A stretch of DNA of 64,000 nt from an uncultured Candidatus Saccharibacteria bacterium (lineage in GTDB: Bacteria; Patescibacteriota; Minisyncoccia; Phycocordibacterales; UBA9973). The notes beneath the pieces were generated by a model, which saw only the letters and a program-made list of their open reading frames with translations, was not told the DNA's origin and made no database searches. Shown here one piece after another: positions 45,409 through 54,284 of the stretch. The stretch is from contig CAYRQJ010000003.1 of NCBI GenBank assembly GCA_964426555.1, positions 1,229 to 65,228 on the forward strand, in the 5' to 3' direction. How positions within the stretch are numbered: position 1 is the first letter of the stretch; the number at the start of each line of letters is the position of its first letter. The position numbers were made by a program, and so were the translations under genes.

Positions 45409-46590
45409 CTATAGACTAAAGTTTGAAATATTATACAGATCTTCCTCACTTTCTTGATTTTCTTCTTCTTTTTTTGCTTCTTCTGTTATTATTTCGTTTT
45501 GAATTTCTTGTTTAATTTCTTCTACTATTTCAGGATTTAATACTATTTGATTTTCTTCTATATTTTGAACGAGACCAACTTCTATATTTTCTTTTAAAAT
45601 AGAATTATTTTCTAATAATATTTCCTGAGCAATTTCTTCAATATTATTAATTGTTTCTTCTGGGATATTTTCTATAATTATTTCTTCAGTTATTAAATTA
45701 GCTGGAGGCATTACTACACCACGCTCTCTTTCAAATCTTGTTAACATTGTTTCTCCCCGTGCAATTTCCTTTGATTTTAGTAATTGTAATATTTCATCCA
45801 AATCAGCATCTGAGAAAAAGTCTATTGTTATTTTACCACCATCAGCTTTTCTTTGAATATGAACACGTGTACCCAGTCTTTCTTCAAGATCATCTTCCAT
45901 GCTCATTACATTAGCATCAGGCAATAATTCGTGTTTACGAACACGGTCCACTGCAATACGACGAGCTATTCTTTCAGCTTCACGAACAGAAAGTTTTTTA
46001 TAAACTATTTCTTTAAACAAAGTTTGTTGTTCTTCGGGTCGAGATGCCAACATCATCAAAGGTCTAGTATGTCCTTCGTTTATTTTTCCGGCTTGCAATG
46101 CGTCCAGTATTTCTTGAGACATTTGCAAAATTCTAAGAGAGTTAGAAACATATTCGCGACTCTTACCCATTTTAAGACCAACCTGTGCATGAGTTAAATT
46201 AAATTCATCAATCAGTCTCATAAATGCACGTGCACGATCTACTGCATTTAGATCTTCACGTTGCAGGTTTTCAATGATAGCCAATTCCAGCTTCATCTTA
46301 TCGTCGTCCCCTTCACGAATAATAACAGGGACTTGTTTTATACCAGCCAGTTTTGAAGCACGTAAACGACGCTCTCCTGCAATCAGCTCGTACCTAGTTT
46401 CTAGACCCATGCCGTCGGGTCGTTCAAATTCACTGCGTGATACTACTAATGGTTGCAACACTCCGTATTGACGAATAGAATCTGAAAGATCTCTTAGTGG
46501 ACCATCTTCAAATTCCTTGCGTGGTTGGTAAGGATTTGGGTCGATTTTTTCGACATCGATTAAAAAAATTGAATTAGGATAAGGTGACAT
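45409..46590 (-). CDS. parB: chromosome partitioning protein ParB (Spo0J) with long acidic low-complexity C-terminal tail
   Basis: 393 aa. 'IDPNPYQPRKEFEDGPLRDLSDSIRQYGVLQPLVV' and 'ELIAGERRLRASKLAGIKQVPVIIRE' are ParB boxes. The last ~100 aa are E/I/N-rich ('EEIIIENIPEETINNIEEIAQEILLENN...'). Confidence 0.8.
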   Translation of the reverse strand: MSPYPNSIFLIDVEKIDPNPYQPRKEFEDGPLRDLSDSIRQYGVLQPLVVSRSEFERPDGMGLETRYELIAGERRLRASKLAGIKQVPVIIREGDDDKMKLELAIIENLQREDLNAVDRARAFMRLIDEFNLTHAQVGLKMGKSREYVSNSLRILQMSQEILDALQAGKINEGHTRPLMMLASRPEEQQTLFKEIVYKKLSVREAERIARRIAVDRVRKHELLPDANVMSMEDDLEERLGTRVHIQRKADGGKITIDFFSDADLDEILQLLKSKEIARGETMLTRFERERGVVMPPANLITEEIIIENIPEETINNIEEIAQEILLENNSILKENIEVGLVQNIEENQIVLNPEIVEEIKQEIQNEIITEEAKKEEENQESEEDLYNISNFSL

Positions 46591-46676
46591 AAAAAAATTA
46601 TATCATAAAGTAGATATTTTATAACTGTTGATAATAAGTTGATTTCAGTGTAAAGTAGATAAATAATTAAATACAT

Positions 46677-46759
46677 GCCCAGATGGCGGAATGGTAGACG
46701 CAGTGGACTCAAAATCCACCGTTGGCAACAACATGAGAGTTCGAGTCTCTCTCTGGGCA
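46677..46759 (+). tRNA. tRNA-Leu (anticodon CAA)
   Basis: Acceptor gcccaga/tctgggc, anticodon stem gtgga/tccac with loop cTCAAaa, long variable arm, T-arm gagag-ttcgagt-ctctc. Confidence 0.8.
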
Positions 46760-46762
46760 CAA

Positions 46763-46800
46763 ATAAAAAAACCGATGTTTTTAAAACATCGGTTTTTGGT
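46763..46800 (+). terminator. intrinsic terminator after tRNA-Leu (aaccgatgtttt aaaacatcggtt + T-run)
   Basis: 11-bp stem followed by a T-run. Confidence 0.6.
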
Positions 46801-46812
46801 ATTAAATACCAA

Positions 46813-47427
46813 TTAGTTTCTTGTTAACAATTCCTTTGTTGGCCAGACAGTTCTTTTGTTTTTTAAAATCTCATCAATTACATTTAATGATTTTTTATAA
46901 ACATCAGAATCAATTGTACGAACCTCGGACTTATTCATGATTACAGCAATTAAAGAACCTGCTCGATTTGTATACTGGGCTTCTACTGGGTAAGGAGAAA
47001 AATATTCTTCAATAGCAAATGCTAAAAACACAACTGCTAAAGCTAAATTCTCGTGAGCCATTAGACCCCCAACAGCAATAAATCTACCATCAAATTCAAC
47101 CCCGGCACATACTATTTCTTCGGGATTTTTACTTTTTTCATGATTTGCAATTTTTCTTTTTTTTAATAAAAGATTTAGTGAACCTTTGGCCATTTCATAA
47201 GTGATTTCAGTTAGAATTTCTTCCACTTCTTTGGCTCTCTCTGGAGAATTCTTTAACAGAGTTCTTGAAATAAATAAATGGCCATCAGCATCAGCTATTC
47301 GGATATAGCCATTTTTATTATTCATAGTAATAGTGTTAAATTTTCCTCGAAGGGAAATAATAAGTTTTGCTAATCCTTCGAATTTATCCAAAGGAAATTT
47401 TTCTGCTATTTTCAATATCTGACTCAT
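46813..47427 (-). CDS. hypothetical protein
   Basis: 204 aa; no confident family. It is not a ParA (no Walker A), so parB lacks an adjacent parA. Confidence 0.35.
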   Translation of the reverse strand: MSQILKIAEKFPLDKFEGLAKLIISLRGKFNTITMNNKNGYIRIADADGHLFISRTLLKNSPERAKEVEEILTEITYEMAKGSLNLLLKKRKIANHEKSKNPEEIVCAGVEFDGRFIAVGGLMAHENLALAVVFLAFAIEEYFSPYPVEAQYTNRAGSLIAVIMNKSEVRTIDSDVYKKSLNVIDEILKNKRTVWPTKELLTRN

Positions 47428-47477
47428 AAGATTTTTAATTTAAAATCTATTCTATACCTATTGTAGAAAAAATCAAA

Positions 47478-48500
47478 CTATACAAATTCGGGTTCACTGG
47501 ATAGCTCTATTCCAAATTTGTCTTTTACTGTATTTATTATTGTGTTTTTAGCATTTAAAACATCATCATATGTTGCCCCGCCAAGGTTTATTAAGACCAG
47601 TGCATTCTTTTCGTATGTTCCTACATTACCAAACGATACTCCTTTTAACCCAGCATTTTCTACTAGCCAGCCAGCAGGAATTTTAACCATATCTTCGTTT
47701 ACTTCAAAACTTGGCATATCAGGGTAATCTAATTTTAGTTTATTATAAATAGATTTTTCTACAATTGGATTTTCAAAAAAAGACCCACAATTCCCCCAGT
47801 CTTCTGGGTGCGGTAATTTACTCCATCTTATTTCTATAATGGCATCTCGAATTTGTTGTAGTGTGGGATTTACTATATTTAAATTTTGGAAATATTTTTT
47901 CACCCCAGCATATTCTGGAATAGCTGGTGGTAATGTAGATAATTTTAGAATTATATCAATAATGATATATCTGCCTTTTTGTGTACTTTTAAAAATACTA
48001 TTTCTGTAGTTAAAATTACAGTCTTCATTTTTTATTGTGACTAATTTTTTTTCTAATGTGTCGTATGCAGTTAGTGATATAAAAACATCTTTTATCTCAC
48101 GTCCATACGCCCCAACATTTTGTACAGGAGTAGCTCCGGCTGTTCCTGGAATTGCAGACAATGATTCAATACCAGACAAATTATTGTCTACTGACCATTT
48201 AACTACGTCGTCCCAATTTTCTCCAGAACCTATTTTTACAAAAACTTCAGTATTATTAGTATCTACTATTTCGACACCTTTTACTTCAATTTTTAGAATA
48301 TTTAATTTTTCTACATCAGGTGACAATATAATGTTTGAACCACCACCAATCACAAAATAGTCTTCTCCAGTATGGGTATTAAAATAGTCTAATAAATTAA
48401 TTGTATTTTTAATACTAAAAACATTGGCTTTTACGTCTATTCCAAAAGTAGTAATTTGACCCAAATTTATCACCATACTGTGCAAATCCATATACAACAA
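47478..48500 (-). CDS. murB: UDP-N-acetylenolpyruvoylglucosamine reductase
   Basis: 340 aa. FAD-binding 'FVIGGGSNIILS' and C-terminal 'IPAGWLVENAGLKGVSFGNVGTYEKNALVLIN'. Confidence 0.8.
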   Translation of the reverse strand: MLYMDLHSMVINLGQITTFGIDVKANVFSIKNTINLLDYFNTHTGEDYFVIGGGSNIILSPDVEKLNILKIEVKGVEIVDTNNTEVFVKIGSGENWDDVVKWSVDNNLSGIESLSAIPGTAGATPVQNVGAYGREIKDVFISLTAYDTLEKKLVTIKNEDCNFNYRNSIFKSTQKGRYIIIDIILKLSTLPPAIPEYAGVKKYFQNLNIVNPTLQQIRDAIIEIRWSKLPHPEDWGNCGSFFENPIVEKSIYNKLKLDYPDMPSFEVNEDMVKIPAGWLVENAGLKGVSFGNVGTYEKNALVLINLGGATYDDVLNAKNTIINTVKDKFGIELSSEPEFV

Positions 48501-48526
48501 TATATCATATATGATATATTAGTACC

Positions 48527-50053
48527 ATGGCAAAAATAAAATCATTACAAAGCTACATTGGCTATTTAATTAAAACTATTCGTGAGCGTGAAGGTTTGAC
48601 TCAATCCAAATTTGCAAAAATGTTGGATACTTCACAGTCGGCAATTGCAAGAATGGAAAAAGGTGACCAAAACTTTACAACTAAAGAGCTAGAAAGAATT
48701 AGTGATACGCTTGGTGAGAGACTTATTACTATTGCTCCAAAAGTAGACGACTTTGAAGTTGTTGGTGGTAAAAAATTATCTGGATCTGTAACTACACATT
48801 ATTCTAAAAATGGAGCATTGGCGTTAATGGCGGCGGCATTATTAAACGAAAATACAACTACTTTGTATGGTATTCCAAGAATAGAAGAAGTTTTTCGTTT
48901 TATAGAAGTTTTTGAAAGTATTGATATTAAAATAACTTGGATAGACGACCATACATTGCGCATTACCCCACCAGAAAAATTTGATATTGAAAACATCGAC
49001 GAAAAAATAGCCGGAGGAATTCGTGTAAATTTATATCTTATTCCACCATTAGCTCATAAAATGAAGGAATTTCGTTTACCAAATCCAGGCGGATGTAAAA
49101 TGGGAGAAAGAACAATTTCTGCACATAAATACGCACTGGAAAAATTTGGTATTAAAATCAAATCTGAAGCTAAACATTATTTAGTTAAAAATTCTAAATT
49201 AAAATCAGCCGACATTACACTGTATGAAGCGTCAGACATGGCTGCAATTAATGCACTTATGGCGGCGGCACTAATTCCGGGTAAAACAATAATTCGTTTT
49301 GCTCCACCAAATTACCAAGTACAAGATGTATGTTTCTTTTTAAAACATTTAGGTGTACGCATAGAAGGTATTGGCACAACTACACTAACAGTGTACGGCG
49401 TAGAATACATTAACGAAGAGACTGAATGGTATAACAGTGAAGACCCAATTGAAAGTATGTTTTTCTTAGCGGCTGGTATTGTTACAGGTAGTAGTATAAC
49501 TATAAAAAGATGCCCTATTGAATTTTTACGTCTTGAAATGTTAAAGCTAGAAAAGATGGGATTAAAGTATACAATGTCTAAAATTTACAAAGGCCAAAAT
49601 GGTCATGTGGATTTAGTAGATATAAAAATAAAAGAAAGTAAATTACGTGCACTACCGGACAAAATCCATGCATTACCTTTCCCGGGAATAAATAACGACA
49701 ATTTACCTTTCTTTGTGCCTATTTCAGCTGTTGCCAAAGGTACTACTTTAATCCACGACTGGACATGGGAAAATAGAGCAATCTATTTTACCGAACTTAA
49801 CCGTCTTGGAGCTAAAGTATTACTGGCTGACCCACACCGTGTATATGTAGAAGGTGGTAGCGAATTACGCGGAGCACAAATTGTATGTCCACCGGCACTA
49901 CGCCCGGCTACAATTATTCTTATTGCCATGCTTGCAGCCGAAGGTAAATCAATACTACGTAATGTATACGCTATTAACCGTGGATACGAAGGCTTGATAG
50001 AAAGACTAACTGAATTAGGTGCTGAAGTAAGCCAAGTCCAAAATCTAAGTTAG
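48527..50053 (+). CDS. murA: UDP-N-acetylglucosamine 1-carboxyvinyltransferase (MurA) with N-terminal XRE-type HTH domain fusion
   Basis: 508 aa. Residues ~10-65 'LIKTIREREGLTQSKFAKMLDTSQSAIARMEKGDQNFTTKELERISDTLGERL' form an HTH_XRE. The remainder is the EPT fold with the catalytic Cys loop 'NPGGCKMGERTISAHKYAL' and 'KNGALALMAAALL'. Confidence 0.7.
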   Translation: MAKIKSLQSYIGYLIKTIREREGLTQSKFAKMLDTSQSAIARMEKGDQNFTTKELERISDTLGERLITIAPKVDDFEVVGGKKLSGSVTTHYSKNGALALMAAALLNENTTTLYGIPRIEEVFRFIEVFESIDIKITWIDDHTLRITPPEKFDIENIDEKIAGGIRVNLYLIPPLAHKMKEFRLPNPGGCKMGERTISAHKYALEKFGIKIKSEAKHYLVKNSKLKSADITLYEASDMAAINALMAAALIPGKTIIRFAPPNYQVQDVCFFLKHLGVRIEGIGTTTLTVYGVEYINEETEWYNSEDPIESMFFLAAGIVTGSSITIKRCPIEFLRLEMLKLEKMGLKYTMSKIYKGQNGHVDLVDIKIKESKLRALPDKIHALPFPGINNDNLPFFVPISAVAKGTTLIHDWTWENRAIYFTELNRLGAKVLLADPHRVYVEGGSELRGAQIVCPPALRPATIILIAMLAAEGKSILRNVYAINRGYEGLIERLTELGAEVSQVQNLS

Positions 50054-50054
50054 T

Positions 50055-50972
50055 ATGAAAAAAGTTATTGTAGTTTGTGGACAAACAGCTACTGGTAAAA
50101 GTGATTTAGCTGTAAGTATTGCGCTGAAACTAAAGCAACAAAATATTAATACTGAAATTATTTCTGCAGATTCACGCCAAGTATACATTGGCGCTGATAT
50201 GACAAGTGCAAAAATTACACAGAGTGAAATGTGTGGTGTACTCCACCATATGATTTCCGTTACATCATTTAAAAAAGACTATACAGTAGCTGATTATAAA
50301 AAAACTGTAACAAAAATAATAAATAAATTACACAAACAAAATATTGTGCCTATTCTTTGTGGTGGAACAGGGCTATATATTGATAATGTAATTTATAATA
50401 ATAGTATTCCCGAAGTATTACCAAATGCAGAATTGCGCGTGAAATTAGAGAAATTAAGTACCGAAGATTTATTTAATATACTAAAAAAGAAGGATCCAAA
50501 TCGTGCAAAAAACATAGATAGTAAAAATAAAAGAAGAATTATTCGAGCACTAGAAATAGTTGAAGTTTTGGGTTATGTCCCCCAAAATGAAACACCCATT
50601 TTAAATTATGAAACATTGTTTATAGGGTTAAAGCTAGAGAACGAAGAATTAAAAAATAGAATAACAAAACGCACCAATAAAAGAATACGTGCAGGAATGG
50701 TAGATGAGATAGTATCTCTACACAATAAAGAAAAATTAAGTTACGTTAGAATTGCCAGTTTTGGTATGGAATTTAAATGGCTGTCTTTATATGCAGAAAA
50801 TTTAATTAATAAAGATGAATGTATAAATGGAATAAATAAAGATAGTTTAGCCTATGCCAAGCGCCAATTAACCTGGTTTAAAAGAAATAAAGACATAAAC
50901 TGGCTAAATCCATTAAAGAAAGCAGATTTAAACAAACAAGCTATTAAATTGGTAAAAGATTTTATAAAATAG
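50055..50972 (+). CDS. miaA: tRNA dimethylallyltransferase
   Basis: 305 aa. P-loop 'VIVVCGQTATGKSDLAVSIA' and 'ISADSRQVYIGADMTSAK'. Start is 2 nt after the murA stop. Confidence 0.85.
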   Translation: MKKVIVVCGQTATGKSDLAVSIALKLKQQNINTEIISADSRQVYIGADMTSAKITQSEMCGVLHHMISVTSFKKDYTVADYKKTVTKIINKLHKQNIVPILCGGTGLYIDNVIYNNSIPEVLPNAELRVKLEKLSTEDLFNILKKKDPNRAKNIDSKNKRRIIRALEIVEVLGYVPQNETPILNYETLFIGLKLENEELKNRITKRTNKRIRAGMVDEIVSLHNKEKLSYVRIASFGMEFKWLSLYAENLINKDECINGINKDSLAYAKRQLTWFKRNKDINWLNPLKKADLNKQAIKLVKDFIK

Positions 50973-50974
50973 TG

Positions 50975-51045
50975 CGGGCGATGGAGGAATCGGACCCCCA
51001 CCAAAGGTTTTGGAGACCTTCGTTCTACCACTAAACTAATCGCCC
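50975..51045 (-). tRNA. tRNA-Trp (anticodon CCA)
   Basis: Reverse complement: acceptor gggcgat/atcgccc, anticodon stem aaggt/acctt with loop cTCCAaa, T-arm ggggg-tccgatt-cctcc. Confidence 0.75.
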
Positions 51046-51075
51046 AGTCCTGTGAATATATCACATTTTGGGTAA

Positions 51076-51110
51076 TAAAAAAAGGGACAATTTTGTCCCT
51101 TTATATTCTG
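51076..51110. terminator. intrinsic terminator hairpin (agggacaattttgtccct)
   Basis: 7-bp stem with A-run upstream and T-run downstream. Confidence 0.5.
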
Positions 51111-51119
51111 TATTTTTTT

Positions 51120-51959
51120 TCAAATTAATTCTACTCTTTTATTTTGTTCACTATCCCAATATTTTATATCGGTAGCAAGATTAAATAACCATAGTAAATA
51201 AATGAACACCCAGCCAATATCAAATTCCCATTTTTTAATAGTGAATCTAGCTGAATTTTGATGTAAATGGTGAAAATAATGACGCCATTCTCCACCAGTC
51301 ATAAAGTTTAAAACTATCTTTACAACAAACCATATTGGGTATATTAACCAATATATTATTTTTGGAAGTTTTTCAATAGATTCAAATAAATTACTTGAAT
51401 AATCTTTGGTTATACGATCCTTTTCTTTTTTTGCATGACCCAGACCGTTTATAAAACCTCCGGCAACTATTGGTAAATACAAAAATTGAATAGCGAACAT
51501 TAATATTCCCGAAGTGTTAAAAATCAAAAGATAAGAAGCTAAGAGAATAACAGGACCAAACCAACTAAGTTTATAGAAAATATTCTTTTCAACCCAGCTA
51601 TTCCCCCATTCCATTTTTTCCATTTTTTCTTTTCTATTTTCGTCTACTGGTTTCAGTAAAAAGAAATACTCAACAAAAGTTGCAAATGGTCCTTTTATTT
51701 TTAATCCAAAAATTTTAATTGGATTTTTGGGACTATGCACATCTTCTAGTTTGTCAGAAGATGAATGATGGAATTTATGGACGATCACCCAGAATTTTGA
51801 CTTTACTCCGGTATTTAACCACAAAAAGAATTGTAGTATGTATTCAACTATTATATTGAGTTTTACTGCCCGGTGAGTTTTTGACCTGTGTAAATACACA
51901 GTAGTTGCAATTGTGCTCATAAAACACATAATGCAAACAATTATTATTTTGTTGTTCAT
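51120..51959 (-). CDS. membrane fatty-acid (acyl-lipid/acyl-CoA) desaturase
   Basis: Three histidine boxes 'HRSKTH', 'HKFHH' and 'HYFHHLH' in the characteristic order, with 4 TM. Start placed at the internal 'MNNKII' (the ORF track extends it to 52019). Confidence 0.65.
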   Translation of the reverse strand: MNNKIIIVCIMCFMSTIATTVYLHRSKTHRAVKLNIIVEYILQFFLWLNTGVKSKFWVIVHKFHHSSSDKLEDVHSPKNPIKIFGLKIKGPFATFVEYFFLLKPVDENRKEKMEKMEWGNSWVEKNIFYKLSWFGPVILLASYLLIFNTSGILMFAIQFLYLPIVAGGFINGLGHAKKEKDRITKDYSSNLFESIEKLPKIIYWLIYPIWFVVKIVLNFMTGGEWRHYFHHLHQNSARFTIKKWEFDIGWVFIYLLWLFNLATDIKYWDSEQNKRVELI

Positions 51960-52032
51960 GACATTATATTTTAAATTTTTATTATAATACCACAAAAAAT
52001 AAAATAAAAAAGGGTGCAAATAATTGCCCCTT

Positions 52033-52482
52033 TTATATTTTAAGATCTCTGTAATTAACAGTCTTTTTGTATTTTTGACTACCAGTTATTGATACTTCTA
52101 ATTCAAGTGTAGTATTTTTACTAATCCTAATTATAGTAAAATCATGATCTTTTTTTGGTGTCACTATAAATTCAGCATATCCTTTTAATATTTTAAATTT
52201 TTTAGCTCGAGTAAGAATAATTTTTCCACCTGAATTATTTTTAGCCTTAGAAATTTTTAATAAATTTTGATCCTTAATAAAAACTCCATTAGTTATTACA
52301 TTTATACGAATCATACCAAGACGACGCAAATAAATCTTTGGAATATCTTTAGTATCTAGAAAAATTATGTCTTCACAATCAAGACTTCCTTCTTTTAAAG
52401 AAACCCATTTTTCGGTTTGATTTTCAGATATTTTAATACCTGAATATGTGGAGAATGACTCCACTGTGTACAGTTTTGTCAT
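52033..52482 (-). CDS. hypothetical protein
   Basis: 149 aa; no motifs. Confidence 0.3.
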   Translation of the reverse strand: MTKLYTVESFSTYSGIKISENQTEKWVSLKEGSLDCEDIIFLDTKDIPKIYLRRLGMIRINVITNGVFIKDQNLLKISKAKNNSGGKIILTRAKKFKILKGYAEFIVTPKKDHDFTIIRISKNTTLELEVSITGSQKYKKTVNYRDLKI

Positions 52483-52542
52483 TTTTGTTTTCTCCTTTCT
52501 TTTTACAATTTAACCACACATAGTTAAATTATGCAATATATA

Positions 52543-52572
52543 AGAAAAAACCGCTTTGAGCGGTTTTTTACT
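52543..52572. terminator. intrinsic terminator (aaccgctttgagcggtt) downstream of rpmG
   Basis: Stem ccgct/agcgg with A6 and T7 flanks; overlaps the rpmG stop. Confidence 0.55.
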
Positions 52573-52723
52573 TCTTTACTTCTTTAAAGATTACATGTTT
52601 ACGCAATTTCTTTGAAAATTTCTTAAATTCAAGTTTTGCTGTAACAGTCTTTTTATTCTTACGAGTAAAATAGATTTCTTTTGTATCTTTATTCTGTAAT
52701 TTAACAAGGGATTTTTGTGCCAT
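52568..52723 (-). CDS. rpmG: 50S ribosomal protein L33, absent from the ORF track
   Basis: Direct translation of the minus strand: MAQKSLVKLQNKDTKEIYFTRKNKKTVTAKLEFKKFSKKLRKHVIFKEVKK*. Matches the L33 C-terminal signature (...KNKRN.P.RLE.KKY.P..RKHV..KE.K). Confidence 0.65.
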   Translation of the reverse strand: MAQKSLVKLQNKDTKEIYFTRKNKKTVTAKLEFKKFSKKLRKHVIFKEVKK

Positions 52724-52783
52724 AATATGTTGGTTAGCTGCTAGATTTTAGTGCTTAGCAGTACATGTAGATTAACACATTTA

Positions 52784-53905
52784 TTACTTTATTGCAATTC
52801 TCTTTATATTTGGGTTAATCCTGGTGACTATTTCATAGTTAATAGTACCGGCTAACCCAGCTACTTCGTCTGCTGTAATCTCTGCTTTGCCGTGTTTACC
52901 TATTATTGTAGCAGTATCCCCTGATTTTATGTTTTTAACAGCTGTAGCGTCTACTACACACATATTCATCATTACGCGACCTAAGATTTTACATTTAACA
53001 CCGCCACAAATTACATAACCAGTGTTAGACAATATTCGTGGTACCCCGTCCCAATACCCCACAGGTAATATTGCAATTTTCATTTTGTTTTTTGCAACAA
53101 ATGTAGCATTGTACGCCACAACATCACCCTTTGATATAACTTTCACTTGGGCAACTTTTGTTTTCCAAGACAAAGCCGGGGTTAGTTTTAATTTATTACC
53201 AATAGCTTTTTTTACTTCCATATCTGGCCATAAGCCATACATTCCAATTCCCACACGCACCATATCAAACGCTAAGTCATGATTCATTACAAAACCAGAT
53301 GTGGCACTAATATGAACTATTGGGTAATAATCGCGCTGATTAAATTCGTCTTGCCAAATTTTTATTTTTTCTGTTTGTTCTTTTGTAATTTTATTGAACT
53401 TTTTATTTTCTGCTCCAACAAAATGAGAATATATTGCAACAATATTTAAATCTATATTTTCTTTTAGAATTTTTAATACAGCTGGTAAATCTTCCATTAG
53501 CATTCCTTGTCTTGAAAGACCAGTATCTATTTTAAGATGAATTAAAAAGTTTGCTTTGTTTTTATTTTTTACTATTTTGTTTAATGTAACAAGCGATGCA
53601 ACAGTAATGTCTAATTTGTATTTTAGTGCTGTATCAAATTCGTCTTCTTCAATTTGCTTTAGTACAAGTATTGGTACTGATTTATAAGTTTTGCGCAACA
53701 CAACTGCGTCCGCAATATCAAAAACTGCTAAATAATCTACCCCAGCTCTTACGGCAGCATCTGCACATATATCCATACCATGACCATACGCATTGGCTTT
53801 AACCACTGCCATAAGCATAGTATTTTTGGGTAAAATTTTCTCGTAATTTTTAATATTACTTTGAACCGCACTACTACTAATTTCTACCCATGTTTTTTCA
53901 TTCAT
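52784..53905 (-). CDS. alr: alanine racemase
   Basis: 373 aa. PLP-lysine motif 'MAVVKANAYGHG' near the N-terminus and a C-terminal beta domain. Confidence 0.85.
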   Translation of the reverse strand: MNEKTWVEISSSAVQSNIKNYEKILPKNTMLMAVVKANAYGHGMDICADAAVRAGVDYLAVFDIADAVVLRKTYKSVPILVLKQIEEDEFDTALKYKLDITVASLVTLNKIVKNKNKANFLIHLKIDTGLSRQGMLMEDLPAVLKILKENIDLNIVAIYSHFVGAENKKFNKITKEQTEKIKIWQDEFNQRDYYPIVHISATSGFVMNHDLAFDMVRVGIGMYGLWPDMEVKKAIGNKLKLTPALSWKTKVAQVKVISKGDVVAYNATFVAKNKMKIAILPVGYWDGVPRILSNTGYVICGGVKCKILGRVMMNMCVVDATAVKNIKSGDTATIIGKHGKAEITADEVAGLAGTINYEIVTRINPNIKRIAIK

Positions 53906-54076
53906 ATAACTATTCTAACATATTTGAAGTTTATTGAAAAAATCCCCATATTATGGGGATTTTATCATTGGCCACTCATAATTTTCTTGACTTAAAATTT
54001 GTGCGACCCCACCTCGCGGTTTTTGCCTTTCATTATCACTCAAACAAAAACATCGCTCCGGTTCACAAAACCTAAA

Positions 54077-54100
54077 AATCCCCAGCAGTGGGGATTTTAT
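54077..54100 (-). terminator. hairpin terminator downstream of tRNA-Tyr (aatccccagcagtggggatt)
   Basis: 6-bp GC-rich stem with a T/A-run. A near-identical hairpin (atccccatattatggggat) lies at 53942-53960. Confidence 0.4.
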
Positions 54101-54111
54101 TAACGGTTTTG

Positions 54112-54194
54112 TGCGCCGGGTTGGATTTGAACCAACGAAGCCCTGGGGCGACAGATTTACAGTCTGTTGTAATTGACCACTCTACCACCGACGC
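54112..54194 (-). tRNA. tRNA-Tyr (anticodon GTA)
   Basis: Reverse complement: acceptor gcgtcgg/ccggcgc, anticodon stem acaga/tctgt with loop cTGTAaa, long variable arm cgccccagggcttc, T-arm gttgg-ttcaaat-ccaac. Confidence 0.75.
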
Positions 54195-54284
54195 ATGTAA
54201 AGAATATACACTATTTCTTATAATTTTTCAATTAAATAAAAATCTCCCATACGCTCTACGTCTGGGAGATTTTTATAATTAAAG

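Noticed and set aside
54098-54107. 'TAACGG' at 54101 resembling the cassette arm motif
   Set aside because: It is only a 6-nt match, inside the T-run of the tRNA-Tyr terminator, and has no CCCGTTAGAA context.
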